Positions 22,452-40,664 of a stretch of DNA of 42,085 nucleotides are shown here, piece after piece (positions within the stretch are counted from its first letter, which is position 1; each line of letters starts with the position of its first letter). A program made the position numbers and the translations under genes. The stretch comes from Macrostomum lignano (taxonomy: Eukaryota), in the NCBI GenBank assembly GCA_002269645.1, contig NIVC01000789.1, positions 1 to 42,085 on the forward strand, written 5' to 3'. The notes under the pieces were generated by a model. That model did no database searches, was not told the DNA's origin, and worked only from the letters and a program-made list of their open reading frames with translations.

Positions 22452-22937
22452 GAGCCGTAGCCTAATGGTCGAACGCAGCGTTCTTCGAAGCGACCTAGGC
22501 TCGATTTCAAGTGAAGCGTAGTGATTTAGGGTTAAATTGTAAACTCGACTAGGTCTGCTCGTGCAATTAGCTCCAAGGGCCAACGGCTGGGAGTGGGCGA
22601 TCGTATTGGTTCAGTCACTTCCGAGTATGGAGTACCAAGAAGTCCAATGGGGTGACCTAGTACCGAGTACTATATTACGAGTCCACCGTGTCCATGCACC
22701 GGCACAGTACGAAGCTTACATTGGGTAACGATTAATGAAGTTAGGGCCGCTGTAAACTCCTGTGTGAGTCTGGTTATGCGTTTGACTGCGTATAACGAGA
22801 GTGGTCCTTGTTGTGTGTCGACCTGCTTAGGAGAGTCGGCGGATTGGCACGATCATCGGCCCCTACCGGTTTTGACAATGTTGCGTAAGTGAGCCAGGAT
22901 CGGCACACAGCCCCTTGCTCTGATTAAAAATAAAATA
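22452..22937 (+). mobile_element. ~490-bp tRNA-headed SINE (family C) between TBC1D13 and TRAX
   Basis: A box TAGCCTAATGG, B-box-like GGCTCGATTTC, CpG-rich body standing out from AT-rich flanks, A-rich tail TTAAAAATAAAATA. Confidence 0.65.
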
Positions 22938-23594
22938 GATTTTCGAATACTACATATATTGCAGCACTACTACTACACTGTATATGATTTTAGATTTAAT
23001 TACGCTAGCTGCTACAAGCAGGAGTTTGCGGTGTTTTGGATTACAGGTATACTACATGTATGCAGTATTAAAGTAAATTAAATTAAAAGGATTATGACGA
23101 CATGAACAGCAAACGTACTGAAACTACATGCATCTCATAAATTTACTAGGCTGTAACTGAAAATGGCTGAAGTACATGTAATACTCTACGCAAAACAAAG
23201 CGAGCAATCAAGTTCTGGAATCATAATAAAGTGTGTTTTTTATTTTTACAATCTTAAAAATATGCATTCTCCCTAAAACTCTAAAACTACCCTTTGTTAA
23301 ACTTGCATGCGGACATGATACCTGTATCTCAGCAATACAAGAATTACTTGGTTATCGATCTGCATGACCAACACGTACATGGAAAATTTATGCATAATAA
23401 AAAACAGCAAATACCAAACTATCAATAAACATGTATGTTCAGCACAAGTTGAGATGTTTGAAAAGCTAGTTATCAAACAGTTTATCAAATTATTTGTATT
23501 TCTTAAGACCGAAATAGACAGCACCAATAATTATAGCAACTTATACAACAGGAAATGTAGACGAAACGCATAAAAATTAGTAAGCAATGTCAAA

Positions 23595-25727
23595 TCAATG
23601 GGTTACAACTGGCAGTTGTAAGTTTGACTCCTCAATGCAACGCAGGCACTGCTGATAGCACACTGTCTCAACTTTTTCCACGCTTTGCCGCATTGTCTCC
23701 AGCTTGCCAGAGAAGTCTTTCGGAAACTAATCCGGACCGCGGTCTGGCACTGTTTCGCAGCAGCCAAGCAGCTTCTGCAACGTTAACAGCAGGATGAATT
23801 TGTCTTTGGTGGGAGAAACAATTGGGACATGTAAAACTAGAGAAATTAGCAATTAGAGCAATTAGAGAAAACAATTGTCACGTGACTATGTCCAGCCAAT
23901 GGTGACTTAAATGTGCACGCATCCATACAGGGTTTTTGTAGTATAGCAATGCACGAATCACACACATACTTGATATCCGTAGCGTCAAGGCACCGGCTTA
24001 GCTTTGAGCTATTCGCCGTTTACCTTCGGCGACATCGTCCCAACAACCAGTGCTGAGGCAAATCTGCCTATTTCGCTGAGCACATACAAGAGCACCAATG
24101 CTGTACGCAGGCACGTACTCATACACACGCTCACAGGGTTTTCAGTGGCCCTGACTTTCTAATCGGTCAGGCATGTACACTCTCGGTGCCTTGTGGGTTG
24201 GCCCTCATGGCATGGGTGTGAATCGCATGACAACCCCTGGGTCAATGTTGTGCAAAAAACCGTTGAGCAACCCGCTCTGCCCCAATGAATCAATGAGAAC
24301 GGCCACCAACCTATAGAAACGCCAGCACGCGCTCCGGCGTATCGAAATCAGCCTTGGCAGCGGCATTGAGCGCCAGGCGCATCAACTCGCCGCTGAGGTC
24401 GCACACGCCAAGCAGGTAGTCGAACTGGGACACCAGCAGTCCGGACGGCAGGCGGTCGCGTACCCCGCCGGACAGGCTTAGCAGGCGGCCGGTGGACAGG
24501 AATTCTAAGAAAGTCATAGCCTCGATCAGCTCCTGCAGTCCTGGACTATAAGCCCGCCTGTATTCCCAGGGATCCTGGCCGGTCAGCTCAGAGCTGATTG
24601 GCAGCAGCTTAGACGCAATCAGCTTGTCCAATCGCTGGCTAACTTCAGTCAGTACAGCCAATCTTTCTTCATCGGAGGCGCCAGCCACTCGATGCAGAGT
24701 GAAAATAAGCCGCTTACTCTCCATGGTTATGTCGCGAGACAGTTTCACAATGCGCTCCCGCCTGTCCTGCTTGACGTCGAGGCGCTCTTTGAATGTCTAA
24801 TTGGTGTATTAGAACAGTTAATTTTACGAGGTAAGTATTCAATACGTTTATTAACTTTTTATCAGCGTATTTTTCGTAGATCGCTACTATTAGTAGAGTA
24901 ACAGCACAAAAAGCAAATTATAGTTAGTTTTATACAGGTAATAATTGGTTATTTTTACTGCAAGTAAAATGTCAAAGAAATGCAACATATTGTAGTTGTT
25001 TTTATAAATTTTATATTATCAATCTGACAGTTTTCTTCTATACAATACTCATATTTCATGATGCTCCAGACTTGCATATTGAACAGGCTTGCATCATCAA
25101 GACTGAGTAAATGGTCAATAATTAGCAGCCCTGAGCTGCGGTACAAGTGCAGGATGGGAGTTGCGACCCTTACAATGTCAGGACTGTACAAGCTATATGC
25201 ATATCTCGGATGCACCATGCCACTGACTGCAACACCTGGGCCATGTTGAAATGGGTCAGGGTGTAATTTCTTTGCTAGTTCTATAGTACAGCCTTTGATT
25301 TTATTGGAATTAGTACATTTAAAATTATCAAAATCGACAGACTTTGCAGAAATTTTGCTGTACTTTGCCAAAAAAATTTGCCATGTTATAAGGTAGCATC
25401 ATAATTCTTATCCCTAATCTTTTGAGCCCTTCCCAGTTATCAGGCTCCTAGATAGCCAGATGATTGGGTAGATGAAAACTGGATTAACTAATTAGCCACC
25501 AAAAAGTTTGTCACTAGGGCTTAACAAAGAATGATAACTAAGACAGGAAAACAGTAGCCCAGGTTGCTCTAATTTAAATTTAATTCAGCACAGTTGTATA
25601 CCTGAAATAGTGCTGCCACTTTGTTATTCTCATCCTGACTTAACCTGGCACATTTATTGTCACTGGCTGGTCCAGGTGGTGTGGCATTTGGACGCTTTGA
25701 AGCTGCAGTTTCTGGTTGTTGAGGGTC
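23595..25727 (-). pseudogene. TSNAX: Translin-associated factor X (TRAX); complement join(25727..25602,24796..24311,23774..23595) with two in-frame TAG codons; start exon not fixed
   Basis: Motifs ERIVKLSRDITMESKRLIFTLHR, GLQELIEAM and VCDLSGELMR retain the four catalytic acidic residues typical of TRAX rather than translin. C-terminus KLETMRQSVEKVETVCY. Junctions are phase 0 GT-AG. TAG at 24313-24311 and 23729-23727. Identity is strong; pseudogene status is inferred. Confidence 0.75.
24005..24195 (-). mobile_element. SINE family A body fragment in the last TRAX intron
   Basis: Minus strand GATTAGAAAGTC...CCCTGTGAGCGTGTG...TTGGTGCTCTTGTATGTGCTCAG...TGGGACGATGTCGCCGAAGG aligns with 36695-36824. 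Confidence 0.75.
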
Positions 25728-27269
25728 CTGAAACAAATGAAACAATACTTGATATAATTCTCTATCTAGGCTTAACAAGTATTTATATAAATTTATACTC
25801 TTACAATACTTTGTATAATAATTGTAATAGTTAGCCATCACTCAGTTTCTTCTATGATCCATTGGGATTTGTTCTTTGTCCTAGCTTTAGTGCCTTAGTA
25901 TCTTAGATTAAAGCTTGGAATTAACTATTAATTTAAAGCTATAGTCTCAACTGATTTTAACAAAGACCTCAACCTAGTATTAAGCTTTTAGCTTCTTATA
26001 ATTTAAAGATATTAGGCCCTATTAACTTATTAATTTTAGCATTACCCAACTAAAGTTAGGTAAAAAGGTTTCTTAAAATGACTTAAGTTTCTTAGGTAAA
26101 TAGGACTAAAACCCTATTGCAGCCAATGGCTATTATTGTAGTGTCTACTGCAGATTGGCCTTTAGCAATATAGGCATAGTCTGGCATGCCAATGCAATTG
26201 GTATAAGAAATGATTTAGACCTTGGCTGCAATAGAAGACTAAAAGTTAAGAAGTAAAAATGCTATAGTAGCATGTAGAGAATAAGAGAATATGCAAAATA
26301 TCACCAATAGCTACTAATAGAAGAATGTTGCAAGACATTATTATTGGACTTATCAAAATACTGATAATTTGCAACAGCATTTGAGAGCTTTAGATAGTTT
26401 AAACTCATTATGAAAAAAAATGATATTGGGATAAATATTGAATAGTCCATAATAGGATAACTATTTATAAAGTATTTATTTGTTACCTTGTAAATTGGTT
26501 TTTTTGGCCCCTTAAAAATGTCATTGGCAACTGGATTTTCGGCATCAGAGGCCAATCTGGCTACTTTATTTTTCCCATGCTAGTTGCCAATTTCAAAAAA
26601 TTATTTGATATGAATCAATATAATGGAATTGTTAGCAGCATAGATCTTAGAGTTGAGAGAACAAATTTCTGCTTTTTAAACATAGAATTGGAAATATCTA
26701 GGGCCTATCCTCGAGAATTTGGCTAGTTACCAATGAGCAACTGAAAATAGCCATTGGCAACTGGATTTTGAGCCCCAAGGGCCAGTTGGCAACTGGATTT
26801 CCAACCTTAAAAACCTAGCTTGTAAATAACACTAGCAATATTTACATACTACCATGCAAATAATAGCTATCAAAGTGCAATGATTTGATACAAAGGACCA
26901 TGGCTTTTGATAGAAAAAATGTTGTACTAAAATAAATTTGAAATTCCACATTTTCAAGAATGAATAAACATGATTTAAAGAGCATAATTGGATCAAGCAC
27001 AGGATAAATAATGGATAAAACAAGCGTAATTAAGGGGAAAGTTAATATGTAGGCCCTGTATTTAGCAAGTTTGCTTCCTTCTTGACAATGCTCGGCCGCA
27101 TGTTAGGCCTATATTGACTAGGCTAATACCATTTTGTATTATAGGAATTAATAAAATTACACACCTGTTCTTTTTCATTTCTTAATTGTCTAGATCTGGA
27201 TTCATTAGGATTCCAAGTAAATATGTTTAATTGCCACAATAATTCACTTGGAAGTTGGAATTGATATGA

Positions 27270-27920
27270 TTGGTGGATGACGAAATGACTCTCTTCAGGT
27301 AGTGCACGCTAATTAAAATGACGAACCGACCCTAGTCGAGGTGAGCACCCCAGACACCCGAGATGACGAAATGATTAGTAACCAATTTAATATCTGACAC
27401 GAAAAAATATCCTTAATACATTACTCATATTGCTTAAATATACTCCAAAAAGAGACAGTGAAGACCATCCGTAAGCGGACAACCACCAACTACCTGGTTG
27501 CTGTTGTATTAAGTGACGAAGGAATAATGATCAATCAAATATAAATCAGTTATAAATATGTCGTGTAGATTTCAAAGCCGTAGACAAATTTTAATTTACG
27601 GGTGACTTAAAATAAAATAATTTTTATAAAATTAAATTTTTATTGCTTTACTGTCTTTAGGCCAGAAAATCAATCTTGTACATTTAAAAATTTTGAAAAA
27701 AAGTTGTTAGCAATATTAAGAAAGCGTGCGTGTTGAGCTTTGCTAATAATTTTTTATTTAAATTCATTTTATTGAAAATTGTGCGCGCAAGGCCCTTGCT
27801 CAGTGTGTGTTGACCATAACGTATTAACATAACAAGTTACATTAATGCGATAAATATAGGATTAGACCCATACTATAGTGTGTTAGCTTATCGAGAAAGA
27901 GTCAGTAATTCGTCACGGAA
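27270..27920. promoter_or_regulatory. CpG-retaining island, candidate bidirectional TRAX/DHX15 promoter
   Basis: Many CpGs inside an otherwise CpG-poor domain, five TGACGAA motifs, and a position between divergent genes. Confidence 0.35.
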
Positions 27921-28404
27921 GAGAAAATTTTTTTTCGTATTTGTTTGTTTGTTGGAACATTAAAGTTTTAAGCTAATTGCACTGATTAATCTGTGTTAAG
28001 AAGGCCTAGCCAATTAGCTTGACCAAGACCTGCAACAATATTTTGAACTTAGCAACGTTTTGAGTATATATACTAAACTGCATCAACAAAATTACAACAT
28101 GTCTATGCGACACAGACTTGATATTGGTAAAAGCTCAATGTCATCCAGGTATGTTATATTGCTTTCACATTTGGGGGCCAGGAAGTAAATTTATTTTGTC
28201 TAGCATAAACCTGAATTTAAAGTAAAGAAGATCACTTTTTCTAGTATATTTATATAAAAAAATTGAGAGTATGAAGCAGCCATAGTTTTGGATCTTGTAT
28301 TAGTGTATGTTGGGTTTAATGCTAAAAAAATGATAAGACCTTGTTTGTATGCCCAGTTTGTATGCCAATACAAAAAATTATCATAATTTGACACAATGTA
28401 TCTG

Positions 28405-29010
28405 CCATAGTCCGGATCATGCTGGGTGCACGCCCAAACAAAAATTAAATAATTACAGATGCACGCCAGAAAAAAATGTAGTGCACACCCATTTTCAAAA
28501 ATATGCCAGTGTTGCAACAATAAATGACGTTTTTTATGTTGTGACAATAAAATAATTTTTTCAAATTGCATAATAGACACTTAATACCAGATAATTTGGT
28601 TGCTTTTTATGCTTTTTTGGCAGTACTTTTAATAGCAGAAAAATTTTACATGCAAAGAATCAAAGATTTATTTAATTTTAAATGCCCTTTTACAAGCTTA
28701 AAATTTGTGCTTAAAAATTGTTTTCATCTTTTTTCTACTTCACAATAACTCTTACGCGTGATTCTATAAAGTGCATGCCAGGTGTGCATATATACTATCT
28801 TCTCAAGAGTGATGCACGCGATCTGTGCATGCCTAGTTTTGGCATGCAAGGCCAATGCACGCCCAAATTTTTGGGCATATACTCAAATGATGCACGCGAG
28901 TGAAGTGATGCACTCAAGTGATGCACGCGATCTGTGCATGCCTAGTTTTGGCATGCAAGGCCAATGCATGCCCAAATTTTTGGGCATATACTACATGATC
29001 CGGAGTGTGG
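28405..29010. mobile_element. Non-autonomous DNA transposon with 17-bp TIR and 8-bp TSD
   Basis: TIR CCATAGTCCGGATCATG versus reverse-complement CCACACTCCGGATCATG; flanks TGTATCTG / TATATCTG. Internal ~80-bp tandem duplication (about 28803-28882 and 28913-28992) with palindromes. Confidence 0.7.
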
Positions 29011-29159
29011 TATATCTGCTATGTCATCTATGCTAATTGCTAGGATATACTCTGTAAGGCTGAAAAATGGTAAGACCCTTATTGTACACTAGGATCCTGG
29101 CATATATGTTGCCTTCAAACTATGGTAGAACAGTTAAGACTTACGTAAAAATATATCTT

Positions 29160-29320
29160 CTCTACCTATAAAAATCAAAACTCTGTCTGTCTGTCTGTCT
29201 GTGGACAAATTACTTTGCTATGGACTCCCAAACCGCTCAACCAAATTATACCAAATTTTGCACCCACCCTAAACTCACTACGGAGAATGTCTTAGGCTAC
29301 CTTTAAATTTCCTAAATTTG
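29160..29320 (+). mobile_element. 5' end of a possible Helitron/DINE-like non-autonomous element
   Basis: CTATAAAAATCAAAACT(CTGT)n...AAACCGCTCAACCAAATT...AAATTTTG resembles that class of repeat. The 3' end is uncertain (perhaps near 31126). Confidence 0.35.
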
Positions 29321-29575
29321 AGTCTTCCTACCTAAAAGTGCAAAAAACAGCTTAAAATTTGTGATTTTTACTAAATCCTCCATAGTGCTACTCCACTTCT
29401 ATTGATCCTCTTCAAATTTAACATAATTAATCTTAATCTTCATTTTGACACAATCATGTAAAATTTTGAGTCTCAAAGTTAATCCTGTTCATCATGTTGT
29501 GCGAGGCAGCCACCCCAACCTCCACCCGCCTGCCTCTCTTTCCTGATCTAGGCAAAGGGTGTAAATAGGTTTTAA

Positions 29576-30359
29576 AATAGGGGTCAGACGTGATCACGAT
29601 CGTGATCACGATTTTGTGAATTCACAACCATTTTTTTCACGATCGTGATTTTCTTGAAACCCATTCACGACAGTCGTGAATTTCTGCTTTATTATATTTT
29701 TATTAGAAGTATAACTTTTCTACTTGGTTTACCAAAATATGTGAATACAAATGTGTAAAAGAGTAATAAATTTTAAATTTGTTGACTTGACAGCATTACT
29801 GAGTAGCTATTATCAATTTATAAATATTTCTTTTCTTATTTTGTTATTTTCAACACTTGTAACTTACGAGCTCAAATTACAGGGTCTCCCTAAAACATGC
29901 CCTGCGCCGCCCCGAACTGCTACACATTATAACAAATTTGGCTATAACTGAAGACATTTCAAAGTTAGTTAGTTCTCTGTTAAGCTTCAAGTTTGTATCG
30001 AATTTAGTTTTTTTTACTATGAAATATACAATTTGGTGAATAATAAGCGATATAAATAGTAATATTAGTAAAATAATAATACTATAATTTTATAATAGAA
30101 ATGAGAAAATGAAAAATAATGCTATTATTTAGAATGATAATTAAAGTTATTTATTCCATTACTCTTACAACAAATACTTTTCTCTGCAATCAAATACTGC
30201 ATTGACAAAAAATGTTATAATGTGTAGTGGTGCAGGGCAGTGTGGGGCATGTTTTAGGGAGACCCCAAAATACGTGTATGCAAATATAAATTCACAATCA
30301 TGCCCGACTTTAAAAAATTTCACGCCCAACCAAAATTTTCTGCTTATCTGACCTCTATT
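29576..30359. mobile_element. MITE with TTAA TSD and AATAG(G/A)GGTCAGA TIR (Kolobok-like ends)
   Basis: TTAA|AATAGGGGTCAGA ... TCTGACCTCTATT|TTAA; RR/YY termini with TTAA flanks. Confidence 0.6.
29882..30265. mobile_element. Nested MITE with ~53-bp TIRs GGGTCTCCCTAAAACATGCC...ACACATTATAACA
   Basis: Inverted arms at 29882-29934 and 30213-30265; no clear TSD. Confidence 0.75.
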
Positions 30360-31159
30360 TTAAAATGACTATTTTTTGGCTGCCATAAGTTTGCTCCACA
30401 TGAAGCAATTGACTTCAAATTTGACACAATTCTTTATTGACTCATTCTCTGTCTTAATGTAAAGTCTCAATTCTGTATCTCAATCAGGACAGAAACTGTA
30501 AGCATGTGAAGTTTGTCTGCTTTTTCTGTTTTTTTGTGCTGCTCACTCACTCATTCTCCCAGCCCAGAAAAAGGGTAAGGCAATAGGGCCAGGCTCAATG
30601 TACATAGCAAATGTACAGTGTTTTGGAATAACTTTTTAATAGCCTTCTTTCCCTGCACCCTGCGCATGTAGATGAGAGGCTACATTTAGCCATAACAGTT
30701 TAGCCGCTTAGCAAGAGATTCAAACCACTGTCCTCTGTATACACAAGTCTGCAGCAGTTTAACAGTGGATGGCAAATCAAGGCAATGCGGGGGTGTGGGA
30801 TAAAAATAGCGAAAAATTAATGAATAACTGATTATTGATTACAATGCAACTAAATTAGTTACACCATCAAAATTTTAACTAAGTTTCGCATAAGGTTTAA
30901 AACTTTAAAATTTAATGGCTCCTAAGAAATGCGTATTTCCTTGGTTGTGTTGGACTGCTGCAAAGTGCAGACTGTGATGGTGGTGGTGGTGGTGGTCTGG
31001 TAGAGATACACAAATTCCCCTTAGGACTGCTAATTGGCCAGAAAGGTGACGTGATTAAAGCATGAGAAATGATAACCATGAGAGTACTACATCCCACAAA
31101 CTGGCTTTCGAAGCAGGGATCAGTAGATTTTTACCTCAAAGGCCAGATAAAGAATCCAG

Positions 31160-32630
<1,471 letters not shown>

Positions 32631-33112
32631 AGGGCAGAGGCCAGAGTTTGCTTGACATTCTGCGCAGCACCCCAGCCAACAATATCAATGCTTGCTTCAA
32701 ATCCTAATTTTACACAAGTGTACTCTATTTTATGTTTAACTCTATCCTAACTATTAACAAGTTTTTGTTTGAGTTTGACCTCAGATTTTAAAATACATGC
32801 AAAAATGGTTCCAGGGATTGGAGTTTCCCAGGTTCAAAATCCGCGGGTTTCAACAGCTTGTAACTATACTAAAAATAATTATCAATTTGCATTTAAAAAC
32901 AATAATAAATGCTTTGTATATTTTAAATTAAATGGTTAGAATCTAAAGTTTTATAATTAATCCTAAATGGAGTTTATTTTATATAAAACCTTAACTTTGA
33001 TAAAAATATTATTACCTAAATCTTTATTATAGCCAAGATATATTGTTACTGGGTATTTTTCTGCAAAAATCAAAATAGTGAATAATATCTATGTTAATTT
33101 TCTGCCATAAGG

Positions 33113-33625
33113 AGGGTCCATATACCGTAGCCGTAGCCATAGTTTTAACTAAAAGTCTAGAAAACAAAATATTTTGAATCAAGAAGATAACCTAGTGCTT
33201 AAACAACTGCAAATTAAGTTAGAAAATAAAAGTAACAATTGCCTTTGTAGATTATATTTCATCTTTTTTCAGAGCAATAATACATAATCGTTACTGAAAG
33301 TACTAATTCTGAACTTTTTCACATTAATAAAAATTAGAGTTTGCTAGTGTTTTATTGTACTTTTTTAGGTATATTTTAAAAGTTGATAATACAGTTTACT
33401 AAAAGTATATTTGTTTTACTCTACTTGTTTCTAATATTTTTTCAATTTTTTAACATTAATAACTACGGCTATGGGAATTTATGGAATGTGACAACAACTA
33501 CCATATTTCCATAGTCGTAGCCATAAAAGCAGCTAGCTACTGTAGGCATATCCATAGCTGCCATAGGCACCTATTTTACCGTATTTGCTATAGGATCCCG
33601 TAGCTGTAGCTATGGCTACAGTGGA
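33113..33625. mobile_element. Decayed DNA-transposon relic with CCGTAG/CCATAG subterminal motifs in both orientations
   Basis: TACCGTAGCCGTAGCCATAG at ~33122 and GTAGCTGTAGCTATGGCTACAGTGG at ~33600; family not identified. Confidence 0.4.
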
Positions 33626-35089
33626 ATACTAATCTATGTAAAACTAAATTATAATAAAATATGGTTTGCCTAATTATACTTTATGCCCTAGCATTTGTAA
33701 GTTTAGCTTTGTACCAAAAATGGCTTTACATGTTTATAATAAAAAAGTAGACTTAGCCTACTAAGGGCATTTTAGCATATAATCATGGCCATAAAGACTG
33801 CTTTTTTGCTTAAAGGTTCATTTAAAATGACAATAATAAAAATCAAAAGAGAAAACCCAAAACTGTTCCAATACTAATAATGAACTACAAAATGGTTAAA
33901 CATAGTACAACTAATAATAATAGTTAGACAAAGCCAAAAAATATCTGAAAGTATCAAAAATCAATTTATATATGGTCAATTTCTGAGACAAGAGTATTAC
34001 TTTGACTATAGCCAAGTCTTACAACAAAACTAAAATGATATCTAGTTAATAATTGTTACTTTTAGTAGATTCAATATACTTAAATTGCTAGATAGTTATT
34101 TTGATTTTATATGCAATGAAAAGTAATTTATTATCAATTAGTATCAAGATAATTATATTATTATAACTACTATATCTTACTTTTTCTATAATAAATTTTT
34201 GTTAAAGCAAATCAAGGCAAGATAATATATTAGCTTTTATAACAAATTAACATTAAATATATATTTGGTATTTTTACTAAACTTTTTAGCAATTAGATTA
34301 GATTATAGATTATAAAACAAATTTATAGTGCAGTGGTTATAAGTAACATATTGATACTAAATAGTCTCAAGACATTTTAGACCATTTAGGGTTATCTATT
34401 AGGCACATTAGGGATAAAACCAATTTGAATCACACATTAGAACCAATAGACAAAGCAAGTAGACTATTAAATTGATATGGAACTCACTAATAGCTCGTAT
34501 TATAAACTGTCATTGTTAGAATTGTTAGAATATTCTTTGCTTGTTTTCAATTTAAATTTCTTATTTTAACTGTTTAACTTACTCTTTGCATTACAGAAGC
34601 TGTCTAAATTGATATCAATATACTTTGTAATAAAAATCTGTCGATTAAATGTAAATTTAGTCAATGTACTGGTAGCAGTAAGTACTTGACCTACTAGGAT
34701 TATACTTAGGACTACTAAGACTACTTAAATAGGTGAGATAATAGGCCAAAATCATGGCAAAACTAGATTGCTGGTTCATTTGTCTGCTATCATGCAGTGT
34801 CGTGAATGTAATGCTAAGTATTTGATTAAAGGAAATACTCTGCCGATTGTCAAAGTTATTGAAAAGTTAGACAGATAACAACAGGTATCTTTCACACTCG
34901 TCTTCCACCTTTATTTTACTCTTCTTCCACTCAAATGCACAATCAATTCATTGAAAACCAGCTTATTATCTTCAGCTCAGATGGCCATAGACACTTTTGA
35001 ATAGAAAGCCTCATATAAGCTTTGTTATTAGGAATACGAGTGTGCATTACACTGCCTCGATACTTCAACTAGACAACGTCACTGATTGA

Positions 35090-40584
<5,495 letters not shown>

Positions 40585-40664
40585 TGAGCTTAATTTGATA
40601 TTGATGTATTGAGTTGGAGAGTTAATGTGACACTATCTTTGTGTGCCATTGATCACCCATTGCT

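Noticed and set aside
24793-24830. ATG...ACGAG|gtaagt as the first DHX15 exon (phase-compatible)
   Set aside because: It overlaps the TRAX acceptor antisense, encodes MSNWCIRTVNFTR with no DHX15 similarity, and lies 10 kb away. A perfect donor alone is insufficient.
24955-25371. 138-aa minus-strand ORF inside TRAX intron 2
   Set aside because: No recognisable domain, and including it is not needed because flanking exons join in phase and match TRAX. Possibly a TE relic.
23595-25727. Genome-wide reassignment of TAG to Gln (all four complete ORFs here end in TGA and TRAX has two in-frame TAGs)
   Set aside because: The Gln-rich homeobox exon, TBC1D13, DHX15 and gag-pol use CAG/CAA throughout with no in-frame TAG or TAA. 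Local mutation explains the data better.
26830-26870. Spliced-leader RNA gene (minus strand TTATTTGCATG|GTAG resembles a flatworm SL end)
   Set aside because: Only a short match, with no recognisable rest of the leader or Sm site.
27262-27398. Box C/D snoRNA (ATGA... to ...TCTGA)
   Set aside because: No canonical RTGATGA box C and no terminal stem; the repeated TGACGAA motifs fit a promoter better.
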